The notes under the pieces were generated by a model. The model searched no databases. It was not told the origin of the DNA and saw nothing but the letters and a program-made list of their open reading frames with translations. The position numbers and the translations under genes were made by a program. From Octopus bimaculoides (lineage: Eukaryota), in assembly GCF_001194135.2 (NCBI RefSeq), contig NC_068983.1:83557483-83608317 (forward strand): a stretch of DNA of 50,835 nucleotides. The letters are read 5' to 3'. Each line of letters starts with the position of its first letter. Positions within the stretch are counted from its first letter, which is position 1. Positions 37,240 through 48,400 of this stretch are shown piece after piece.

Positions 37240-38084
37240 GTGTGGTCTGATCAATAAGCATCCAGACTGTTGCCATAGCAACAGAAGAGTAAAGCCTCTT
37301 GGCACACTAAGTTTTACGTTCTAGCTTACTTCCACTGTTTACAGCAGTGCTTGGAAGAAAGGTGTGTAGTGTGTGATCGTCGCATTGACCATGACAGAGA
37401 TGGTTGAGCAGAGAATCTGCATCAAATTTTGTCAAAGGCTTGGCGATACCTGCTCAGAGACCTACGCAAAGTTTTCAAAAAATTTCCATTGTTCTCAACG
37501 CAATCAGGAAGATCTTATACAACTGAAACCCGAGTGTCTTTTTGATCAGCTGAAAGCAGTTTTGATACAAACTTGCATCTCATACCCAAATCTTCAGTGA
37601 TAGGGGATCGAACTGAACCGTAACTAATCTGCACATCCTTTGATAACTCACGGATGATGATTCGACGATTTCCTCTCACAGCTGCACGCACATCTGCCAT
37701 GATTTTTCTGAGTTATGCTGGTTGCGGGTCTCCCAGAACGTTCGTCACTATCGACCTTTTTCTCGGCCATCTTAGAAATGTCTGAACCACTCGTACACTT
37801 GTGTGCGGGTCATACACTTCTCTCCGTGCACTTTCTGCAACTTTGCGCAGGCCTCTGAGCAGGTGTCACCATGACAACTTTTTCTGTCATGGTCAATGTG
37901 ACGATCACATACTACACACCTTCCTCCCAAGCAGTACTGTAAACAGCGGAAGTGAGTTGGAACGTTAAAACTTAGAGTGTATGCACAGCAGAGTTCAAGA
38001 TGAATCTTTGCTAAGTAGCGTTATTCTGCGTGCTTAAACTTCCTTACTATGGCAACAGTCCGGATACTTATTGATCAGACCTCG
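37240..38084. mobile_element. Non-autonomous mariner built from two left ends in inverted orientation
   Basis: TIRs GGTCTGATCAATAAGCATCCAGACTGTTGCCATAG and CTATGGCAACAGTCCGGATACTTATTGATCAGACCTCG|TA. Transposase ATG on + at 37391 (MTEMVEQRICIKFCQRLGDTCSETYAK) and on - at 37890 (..GDTCSEACAKL..VYEWF..RSGRP..KFVSKLL..FLKTL). Confidence 0.88.
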
Positions 38085-38092
38085 TATATATA

Positions 38093-39210
38093 TCAGGTTA
38101 TTAAGAATGAAATGTTCGATTTTCTTATGCACCAAGTTTGACAATCATTAACTCTAATGTTTTAGCCTGACAACTGAAGAGTTAAATCATCACTTTTCGA
38201 AATGCAATTCATGGTGTCTGATTATATTGTGAGTTTTCTTTTGTAAATCAATTTTTGTGAACTCATGGATAGAACAAAAATTCGTGTTGTTTATGAATAT
38301 GAGTTACGTCATGGAACCAATGCATCCCAGACAGCTCGATGGTTTGAGAAGTTCCGGTCTGGTAACTTTACTCTTGAAAAGCAACCCCGTGATAGACCTG
38401 AGACCAAGGTGGATAATGATGAGCTGGAAACTGTAGTAGAAGCGGATACCTCTCAAACTACGCGTGAGTTAGCAGCAAGGTTTGATGTTTCGATTCCAAC
38501 TGTATTGAAACAAATCAGAAGGTAAAGAAGCTGGACAAATGGGTACCACACGAACTGAACGAGCATCAAATGAAACGTCGTCTTTAAACTTGCTGTTCTT
38601 TGCTGTCACGGCATAAAAGCTAACCGTTTTTGCATCGTATTGTTACGTGTGATGGAAAATGGATTCGTTTCAATAATAGCAAGCGTTCTGCGCGGTGGTT
38701 GGTTAGAAACGAAGTACCAAAACACAATCCAAAAAGGAACATTCACCAAAAAAAGCTAATGGTGTCTGTTTGGTGGTCCAGTGCTGGTGTCATCCACTAC
38801 AGCTTCATGAGACCTGGTAAGTCAATTACAGCGGATATATACATCAACCAACTGGATGAAATGATGAGTGAACTTGCAATTAAACAACCGAGATTGGTCA
38901 ATAGAGACAGGCCAGTTCTCTTGCTAGAGAATGTTCACCACATGTTGCTACTCAAGTTACATGAACTGAACTTGGAAGTACTCTGTCATCCATTATATAT
39001 TCACCAGACCTTGCAGCAACTATCACGTCCTGAAGGCATTAGACAACTTTTTTGCAAGTAAAAAGCTTCAAATCTGAAGAAGATGTAAAGATAGCCTTTC
39101 GTAATTTCATCACCTCTTGCTACCCAGAATTATTTGCAGCCGGCATGAATAAGCTACCGATAAAATGGCAAAATTATGTTGATAATTTAGGTGCATACTT
39201 TGATTAACTG
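38093..39210 (+). mobile_element. Hsmar1/SETMAR-like mariner, dead transposase
   Basis: ATG at 38265 (MDRTKIR..WFEKFRSGNF..), KLDKWVPHEL, RIVTCDGKW, KKLMVSVWWS, YSPDL. The second catalytic D reads E, the third D is lost, and there are stops and frameshifts. Confidence 0.92.
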
Positions 39211-39240
39211 CATACATTATACATATATGCACGTATATAC

Positions 39241-39294
<54 letters not shown>

Positions 39295-40320
39295 TGGAGC
39301 AATCTCAAATATAACCAGCCGAAATTGCAAAGATAATCTGGAACTCGAATGAGGAAAGAAAACTCCGAATGACCTGTCCTTGTTTTCTTTGTATCATCTA
39401 TCTGGATGTTTTCTGGTCCCTTTCTTGNNNNNNNNNNNNNNNNNNNNNNNNNNNNNNNNNNNNNNNNNNNNNNNNNNNNNNNNNNNNNNNNNNNNNNNNN
39501 NNNNNNNNNNNNNNNNNNNNNNNNNNNNNNNNNNNNNNNNNNNNNNNNNNNNNNNNNNNNNNNNNNNNNNNNNNNNNNNNNNNNNNNNNNNNNNNNNNNN
39601 NNNNNNNNNNNNNNNNNNNNNNNNNNNNNNNNNNNNNNNNNNNNNNNNNNNNNNNNNNNNNNNNNNNNNNNNNNNNNNNNNNNNNNNNNNNNNNNNNNNN
39701 NNNNNNNNNNNNNNNNNNNNNNNNNNNNNNNNNNNNNNNNNNNNNNNNNNNNNNNNNNNNNNNNNNNNNNNNNNNNNNNNNNNNNNNNNNNNNNNNNNNN
39801 NNNNNNNNNNNNNNNNNNNNNNNNNNNNNNNNNNNNNNNNNNNNNNNNNNNNNNNNNNNNNNNNNNNNNNNNNNNNNNNNNNNNNNNNNNNNNNNNNNNN
39901 NNNNNNNNNNNNNNNNNNNNNNNNNNNNNNNNNNNNNNNNNNNNNNNNNNNNNNNNNNNNNNNNNNNNNNNNNNNNNNNNNNNNNNNNNNNNNNNNNNNN
40001 NNNNNNNNNNNNNNNNNNNNNNNNNNNNNNNNNNNNNNNNNNNNNNNNNNNNNNNNNNNNNNNNNNNNNNNNNNNNNNNNNNNNNNNNNNNNNNNNNNNN
40101 NNNNNNNNNNNNNNNNNNNNNNNNNNNNNNNNNNNNNNNNNNNNNNNNNNNNNNNNNNNNNNNNNNNNNNNNNNNNNNNNNNNNNNNNNNNNNNNNNNNN
40201 NNNNNNNNNNNNNNNNNNNNNNNNNNNNNNNNNNNNNNNNNNNNNNNNNNNNNNNNNNNNNNNNNNNNNNNNNNNNNNNNNNNNNNNNNNNNNNNNNNNN
40301 NNNNNNNNNNNNNNNNNNNN

Positions 40321-40543
40321 GTTCACTCCCACTGCGTGGAACCTTTGGCAAGTGTCATCTACTATAGCCTCGGGCCTACCAAAGCCTTGAGTGGATTTGG
40401 TATACGGAAACTGAAAGAACCCCATCGTATATATATATGTGTGTGTGTATGTATTCGTGTGTGTGTCTACGTTTGTCCCCCCACCGTCGCATGGCAACCG
40501 ATGTTGGTGTGTTTACGTCCCCGTAACTTAGCGGTTCGGCAAG
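40321..40543 (+). mobile_element. SINE family C, 5' part lost in the gap
   Basis: CCCACTGCGTGG..GGCAAGTG..CTACTATAGCCTCGGG..GTGTTTACGTCCCCGTAACTTAGCGGTTCGGCAA. Confidence 0.88.
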
Positions 40544-40718
40544 TTCCTCCTGCGAATGGAGATTGACATTTCTTAGAACTGTTGCTTTAAATTATACAGA
40601 CTTTTGACCATTAGAGGTGTGTAATACAGAGACTTAAGCTACGTTTGTAACAACAGGAAAAGCAGAGCTAAGAGATTGTCTCCCTTTGCACCAGAAGTCA
40701 GAGTAGTGACCTGCACCG

Positions 40719-41058
40719 ACAGATTATTGCTGCACGTGTAACTAAAGATTTTAATGCCATTTTTGTTGTTTCCAATATCGTTATAGAGAGCTACATTTAT
40801 TGAGTTTCCTATTTTCTTGAAAATAGTTAATGTCTTTTGTAATATGGTGCAGTGAAGAAGAGCACATAGCACAGTAATTATTTGCAGTGAAATTGTTGTG
40901 TTGTAGTGTAGTTACAGAATAGCTGCGGGTTGCAGTGTAATATAGTATAGCTCTGTAATTTGTAGAACAGTTGCAACATACTGTAGTTCTTATGTAGTAT
41001 GGAATGAAGCATTTGGTGCTTTTGTGTAGTATAATAAATCGTGTAATGTATTGCAATA
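40719..41058 (-). repeat. 340-bp inverted duplication, copy 1
   Basis: Reverse complement of 46783-47122; 336/340 identical by line-by-line comparison. Confidence 0.95.
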
Positions 41059-41135
41059 TGTAGCATAATGGCTTTTATATGATATAATGCTGCGTGCTGT
41101 ATTGTAATGTAGCATAGTACCACATAGTACGACAC

Positions 41136-41136
41136 T

Positions 41137-41203
<67 letters not shown>

Positions 41204-41225
41204 TGTTGTTGTTGTTGTTGTTGCT
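41136..41225. repeat. (TAG)n switching to (TTG)n
   Basis: Direct. Confidence 0.95.
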
Positions 41226-41619
41226 GTTGCCAATCATCATGTTGCCCCTAACTTTGCACATCTATATCTAAGATGAAAGGCGTTCCAGATATAAACATCC
41301 CTTTTTTTCCAGTTATACGTTAGTTTAACTCAAATTACATTGTCCAATGTGTCCCTCTTCTTAAGATGACACAGCATGATTTTAGGGATATTTTACTGCT
41401 ACTTCTAGCAAGTAAAATGACTACGTAAAAACGTCTTTATTTGTTTGTATATGCTGCATAGGAAAGTATATCAATAGTGTAGTGTAATGAAGTACTATAA
41501 TAGTGGTGTTTGGCATTCCTTGTACTGCACTTAGAGTTTTTTTATTTATGTTTATCCTGTTCGTCCATCTTAATGATAACCATGACATTAATCATGATTT
41601 TCAAGCCCCAGTGTTGCTT

Positions 41620-42200
41620 GTTAGGAAGTGGTTAATAAATCTAATATAGGCTTGAAATGTTCTGTTGTACATTGAACTGATGTGGTCGGGTCTTTTTGAA
41701 AATGCACTAGCAGCTCTAAACTTTCGTGGCTTCCTCTTCTGATTAGTTTGTCTGATTCCAGTTTGTTCAGATACTACCACACCTATTTTGATGCAGCTGC
41801 AGCAGGTAGTTCTTTTGATAGCGTGACTCTTTGGATTAAGTGAGGTTTTAAGAGTGTCCTTGTAGCATATGTGCTGGCCATCAACCAAACGTCTAACCCA
41901 AACCAGCTTGTTGCTAAAGAACGTTGTTTAGAAGTAGAGACGCTTCCTCAAACAGTCTTGAGAAAAATATCGAAGGCAACTTCGACAGTCTGCAGTTGAC
42001 TTCGATATTGATTTAGAGGATTCTTTAATACATGCTTAACGTATGTGAAGCTGCCAACTGCCTGTAGAATTTGGTACTTAACCGTGATTGAGGTGTTACA
42101 TAGTCCCTGTGAAGGACCAGATGTTATGAGACTTCAGCTTTATTTGTGCTGATCTAGAAGTTAAATATATAATGGCCAGCAAGACATTTCATTTTGCATT
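41620..42200 (-). mobile_element. RTE-BovB-like LINE 3' fragment with internal deletion
   Basis: Minus translation STNKAEV, QILQAVGSFTY, NIEVNCRLSK, then GQHICYKDTLKTSL...CIKIGVVVSEQ...KRKPRKFRAAS (GQ.KRYKDTLK motif). Confidence 0.75.
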
Positions 42201-43959
42201 GCTTCAATCAACTCAACTTCCACGAGTTCCAGCTGAAAGCTGGTGCAGCTCTAACCCCCATCCTAGCCCTATAATGGAACATTCAAGTCACAAATTCGAT
42301 GCTCTTCTGGGTCGAGGCTAAGTTGGCCAAGAGGATGATTTCCGTATCCGTTTGCAACTACATAGGTTCCTAAAACAGCTATGGACTGCCAAGTCGTACG
42401 TGCTCACGGGTGACAGCTAACTGTACTAGGTAGGGGTGTGGCAGTGCAGCCAGTACATCTATTCAGACCTTGAAGAACCAAAGAGCACCCCATGAATATC
42501 TATCATACAAAAAAAAGAAAAAATGCCTCCTTGAATTTTCAGAATGTTCCTCTCCTGATACCACCTAAAGCAGTCCTTTTTCACTATAGCCCAGTTACTC
42601 TCGAAGACTTTGTTTGTACGTTCTGTTCACAGTCCATACCTTTTAAAAAGGAACCAATACACCAATCTTACCATTTCTCCATCACATAACCATTACTCTT
42701 GTCAATGGTGCTGTAAATATTATTGTTATTGTTGTGCAAACCAATGGTCAAAAGCATTCCAAACATAACCATACCTTTTTATATATATANNNNNNNNNNN
42801 NNNNNNNNNNNNNNNNNNNNNNNNNNNNNNNNNNNNNNNNNNNNNNNNNNNNNNNNNNNNNNNNNNNNNNNNNNNNNNNNNNNNNNNNNNNNNNNNNNNN
42901 NNNNNNNNNNNNNNNNNNNNNNNNNNNNNNNNNNNNNNNNNNNNNNNNNNNNNNNNNNNNNNNNNNNNNNNNNNNNNNNNNNNNNNNNNNNNNNNNNNNN
43001 NNNNNNNNNNNNNNNNNNNNNNNNNNNNNNNNNNNNNNNNNNNNNNNNNNNNNNNNNNNNNNNNNNNNNNNNNNNNNNNNNNNNNNNNNNNNNNNNNNNN
43101 NNNNNNNNNNNNNNNNNNNNNNNNNNNNNNNNNNNNNNNNNNNNNNNNNNNNNNNNNNNNNNNNNNNNNNNNNNNNNNNNNNNNNNNNNNNNNNNNNNNN
43201 NNNNNNNNNNNNNNNNNNNNNNNNNNNNNNNNNNNNNNNNNNNNNNNNNNNNNNNNNNNNNNNNNNNNNNNNNNNNNNNNNNNNNNNNNNNNNNNNNNNN
43301 NNNNNNNNNNNNNNNNNNNNNNNNNNNNNNNNNNNNNNNNNNNNNNNNNNNNNNNNNNNNNNNNNNNNNNNNNNNNNNNNNNNNNNNNNNNNNNNNNNNN
43401 NNNNNNNNNNNNNNNNNNNNNNNNNNNNNNNNNNNNNNNNNNNNNNNNNNNNNNNNNNNNNNNNNNNNNNNNNNNNNNNNNNNNNNNNNNNNNNNNNNNN
43501 NNNNNNNNNNNNNNNNNNNNNNNNNNNNNNNNNNNNNNNAACGATGATGACGATGATGACTGTTGCTGCATGATTGATGTTTGTTCCCATCATGTTTCAC
43601 ATTGCCAAAATCCCTTTCGGCAAATCAAGAGCCATTTTGTGATTACAGCACAATTTGTAATTATTGCAATTAGTGAGCAAACTGTTAAAATGGCAACCCC
43701 GTAAATTGTCATTGTGCAAAGTATTATTAGTAGTAGCACATGCAGTGAGTTTGTATCATATTTTAGACATATAGAAATAGTAAAATAGTGAGAGAGAGAG
43801 GGGGGGAGATGAGAGAGGGGGAGATGAGAGAGGGGGAGGGATAGGTTATACTACAACATGAGGTGAGATATAGAGAGTGAGAGCGAGAGAGGAAGACATT
43901 GTGTCTGATGAATGTATAAGATATATACACATGTATGTATCTGTATATGTCTTTGCATT

Positions 43960-43980
43960 TTTGCGTATTATGTGTATGTG

Positions 43981-44012
<32 letters not shown>

Positions 44013-44370
44013 TGTAGGTATGTATTTATGTATGTGAGTGTATGTACGTATGTATGTATGTGTGTATGTATGCATGCATGTATGTGAGTGTATGTACGTA
44101 TGTAAGTTTATGTATGCATGTGTGTATGTATGTATTTTGTATGTGAGTTTATGTATGTATGTTTGTATGTATGTATGCATGTATGTGTGAATGTATGTAC
44201 GTATGTATGTATGTATGTATGTATGTATGCATGTATGTGAGTCCATGTATGTATGTAAGTGCGTGTATTTGTGTGTATGTGTGAACGTGCATGCGTGGAG
44301 AAACAGAGAGGGATGGGATGGAAGAGAAAGAGAAAAAGAGGAAATAAAAGAAAGAGCGAGAGAGATAGCT

Positions 44371-44407
<37 letters not shown>

Positions 44408-44828
44408 ATGTGAGAGAGACATACAATATAGAGATATATGAAAAGACAGAGAAAGGGTGAGGATGAAGAAGAAAAGGAATATGTGTAAGAAAAAAGATGG
44501 AGAAGCAAAGTAGGAAGTAAAGATGTGGGGTGGGGTATAGAAGAAAAGTGAGTGATTTGGAGTGAGGGAGATAGAGAAAGGAACAGACGATATGAAAGAG
44601 GTGAATGAATAGAGCTAACATATCGTGTGTGCGTTTGAGTGTTAGGAGAGAGGGACAGAGAGAGAGAGAGAGAGAGAGATAGAAAGGATAAAGAGATAAT
44701 AGGTGAATGTTGATGAGAAAATGGAGAGGGGAGTGGTTTTTGTTTTTTGTAAATCGTAGAGAAAGACAGACGATAAAAAATGAGTGTAAACGTGGCAGAC
44801 GAAGAGAGGAAGAAAGAGGGAGAGAAAG

Positions 44829-44868
<40 letters not shown>

Positions 44869-45124
44869 GGGGGAGAGAGGAATGGGTTTAAAAGATGGAG
44901 CAGAGACCAGATTTAAGGAGTTCAATGGCCAGAGGCACATATTGCATATATTGTACATACTGATGAATGGCAGAACGTGGGTGGGTGACGACAGAGGAAT
45001 CAGGTTATACGCTAGCCCACCCTACCCTCAAGGTCTAGTTTGTCATTGTCATCAACGCCCTCTTCTTTCTCCCTCCTTCCTCCTTCCCTCACTCTCTCTT
45101 TCCTTCTCTCTCTTTCACACACAC

Positions 45125-45156
<32 letters not shown>

Positions 45157-45170
45157 CTTTCCCTTCATCC
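43960..45170. repeat. Degenerate (TATG)n (~43960-44280), purine-rich GA low-complexity tract (~44290-44900) and CT-rich tract (~45060-45170)
   Basis: Direct. Source of the 217-aa and 269-aa spurious ORFs. Confidence 0.9.
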
Positions 45171-45822
45171 CATGAATTAGTGGTGTGCACATTCAGCAGC
45201 TGGGACAACATATGTATATGTGACAAAGGACACAAACACACACAACTTCACATGCATACACACTCACGCACAAACACACACTTCAATACACGCGCATATA
45301 AATGCACAGACCCAAGCATACACCACACATATATACACACTCATAAACACATACACACACAAATACACACTCACACATAGACACAGTAACGCAACGGTGT
45401 AGCATGGCATTGACGTATTACAGAGAAAGAACCAAACTTTGTCGTATTTCCTAATCAGAGTGCGATTCTTTGCTCCACCACAATCAATCAGTTACGTCAA
45501 GTTCACACTGTTAAATAAAGTGAATTAAGTAAGATATGGTCAACTGATCTCGTCAGATCTGTTTAGACTTTGGCTGCGGCCTCTAACAAAAACTCGTAAA
45601 AACGCTCATTCGGCATATNNNNNNNNNNNNNNNNNNNNNNNNNNNNNNNNNNNNNNNNNNNNNNNNNNNNNNNNNNNNNNNNNNNNNNNNNNNNNNNNNN
45701 NNNNNNNNNNNNNNNNNNNNNNNNNNNNNNNNNNNNNNNNNNNNNNNNNNNNNNNNNNNNNNNNNNNNNNNNNNNNNNNNNNNNNNNNNNNNNNNNNNNN
45801 NNNNNNNNNNNNNNNNNNNNNN

Positions 45823-46152
45823 GGATCGCAGTTTCGATTCCCAGACCAGGCGTTGTGAGTGTTTATTAAGCGAAAACACCTAAAGTTCCACGAGGCTCCG
45901 GCAGGGGCGGTGGCGAACCCTGCTGTACTCCTTCACCACAACTTTCTCTCACTCTTACTTCCTGTTTCTGTTGTCCCTGTATATCAAAGGGTCAGCCTTG
46001 TCACACTGTCACGCTGAATATCCCCGAGAACTACGTTAAGGGCACACGTGTCTGTGGAGTGCTCAGCCACTTGCACGTTAATTTCACGAGCAGGCTGTTC
46101 CGTTGATCGGATCAACTGGAACCCTCGTCGTCGTAACCGACGGAGTGCCAAC
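45823..46152 (+). mobile_element. SINE family B, 5' end lost in the gap
   Basis: Reverse complement of the 7554 and 29308 copies; ends GTAACCGACGGAGTGCCAAC. Confidence 0.92.
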
Positions 46153-46155
46153 CTC

Positions 46156-46782
46156 AAGACCAATAACTAAGGCAATCAGCGAGACGATCAATGACAGCAG
46201 ACATGCGAACACGACACTTTTGAAGATAGCTTTTACTGAGGAAGCAGAGGGGGATAAAGAAAAGACCCAAGAACAGCTCCAGTGGTTTACTTTCCACAGT
46301 ACATGACTGGAAGACAGAATTCGACTTTGAGAAGCAGCTAAAATTTCAATCAATCAGACCTTGTTGAAACCAGATATTGTTTTGTTTTCTGAGATATCAA
46401 GGCAGAAAAAATCCTATTGACGTTAACTGTGCCCTGAGAGGAACCACAAAAGAATAAAACAAAGCTAAGTTACAGAACCTGGTGGAGAACTGTCGCATGA
46501 ATGGGTGGGGATCGATATGTTTACCTGTGGTGTAGAATCCGCAGATCGTATTCTGAATGAGGCCCATGAAACCCTGGTAATTACAGAAATGAACAGAAGA
46601 GCCATCAAGAACAAAGCAGAGGCTACTGAGAAAGCATCTAAACGGTTTTGGTTGAAAAGAGGTTATCGAGGAGGTCAGTAGAATGTCACTTGGACACAGC
46701 TTGATTGATCTCAATTGGATTACTCAGATCAGGATGTATGTTGTAAAAACCGAAACACTCAGTGATTCCTGGGCACATCACT
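46156..46782 (+). mobile_element. HERO-like (RLE-type) non-LTR retrotransposon 3' fragment with 3' UTR
   Basis: KAISETI..KIAF, DWKTEFDFEKQLKF, TLLKPDIV (PD motif), LLTLTVP*EE, KAKLQNLVENCRMNGW, RAIKNKAEATEKASKRFWLKR. UTR ..GTTGTAAAAACCGAAACACTCAGTGATTCCTGGGCACATCACT. Confidence 0.8.
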
Positions 46783-47122
46783 TATTGCAATACATTACAC
46801 AATTTATTACACTACACAAAAGCACCAAATGCTTCATTCCATACTGCATAGGAACTACAGTATGTTGCAACTGTTCTACAAATTACAGAGCTATACTATA
46901 TTACACTGCAACCCGCAGCTATTCTGTAACTACACTACAACACAACAATTTCACTGCAAATAATTACTGTGCTATGTGCTCTTCTTCACTGCACCATATT
47001 ACAAAAGACATTAACTATTTTCAAGAAAATAGGAAACTCAATAAATGTAGCTCTCTATAACGATATTGGAAACAACAAAAATGGCATTAAAATCTTTAGT
47101 TACACGTGCAGCAATAATCTGT
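46783..47122 (+). repeat. 340-bp inverted duplication, copy 2
   Basis: See 40719-41058. Confidence 0.95.
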
Positions 47123-47465
47123 AGATGCACGTAAAACTATGCATATATGCATATGTTATATGAATGTATGTATATGTATGCGTGTATATATATATATATA
47201 TATGTGTGTATGTAAGTATATATGTGTGTATACATATATATGTATTATGTATGTATGTCATTGTTCGGTTTTATTTCAAGATTTCTTGCCAATAGAGAAA
47301 GAGCCGGTTTCTAACCTAGATTCGAGGTTCCTTCATTGGAATTTCAACATTAACAACAGGGTATTTTTGTTTGTGTGTATGTATGTATATTTTCAGATTT
47401 GTATGTTTTGCTTTATGTATGTATTCTCATGCATATAGTTGCATATCTAGACATGCTCATATATA

Positions 47466-48400
47466 CACTGAACCGCAAAAGAAACGAGAGAAGTGTGTGA
47501 TTGTGAAATATGTTTTAATTTCATTTATGTCAAAGATAAATTTTGATAGATCTGAAAAAGTCAATTTCTTGGATGTATTTTGACCACAGTCTATGGGTCA
47601 TTGTTATGTGTTCTGGTGACATGTTCAATACTGTGTATGCCCTCCCTGGGCTTTCAAAACGGCCATACACCGTCGGTACATGGAGTGCATGGGACGGTTC
47701 ACAAAATCTATTGGTATCTGTGCTCACACCCTGAGGAAAGCTGCTTTCAGTTCCACACAAGTTGTTGGCCTTGGGACCACCTGGTTCAGCCATTTCTGGA
47801 TTTCATCCCACAGGTGTTCAATTAGGATCAAATCCGGGCTGAGAACCGGCCACGGTATGGTTCTGATGTAGTGCTGACGGAGTGAGTTCATGATAACCCT
47901 GGCCGTGTGGGAAGGAGCATTGTCCTGCTGGAACACGTGGTTATGGTGATGCGCAAAGAAGGGCACGATGTGAGGTCTTAGGATCTGGTCACCGTAGCGC
48001 TGCGCTGTGATACCATTCCCTCTGCCTGCACAAACATTTTAGAACACATGGGGTCCAATTGTCTGATTCAGTATTATAGCATCCAAACCATGGTGCTTTG
48101 GCCACCCCACGCAGCTCTCTCCATGACACATGCGTCTCTGTAGCGTTCACCCCCTCCTACGTCACACCCTGACTCTGCCATCCGAGGTGGAAACGCAGTA
48201 CTGGCTCTCGTCAGAGACTATCGACCGCTATTGTTGATAGCGCCAATATCGGTGCTGTGTGCCAAAACGCAGCTGCGTTGAATGCCGTGGGTGGCAGTCT
48301 CAAACAATTGTCATGAAAACCGAAATGCACGTGCATCTCGTGGAGGTTATGGGTATAAAAATCAACTTGAATCGCGTTCCTGGCATTCGTAATTTGGGCA
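47466..48400 (-). mobile_element. Tc1-like (DD34E) transposon, decayed
   Basis: TA|CACTGAACCGCAAAAGAAACG terminus. Minus translation DESQYCVSTSDGRVRV*RRRG, QRYGDQILRPHIVPF..VFQQDNAPSHTAR..WPVLSPDLILIEHLWDEI. Confidence 0.9.

Noticed and set aside
39346-39374. CGAATGA-GGA..TCC-GAAT hammerhead-like motif in a repeat beside a gap
   Set aside because: Three core positions deviate; insufficient evidence.
45400-45500. Two CRE/ATF-like motifs (TGACGTA, TTACGTCA) suggesting a promoter
   Set aside because: Short motifs with no supported downstream gene or CpG-rich context.
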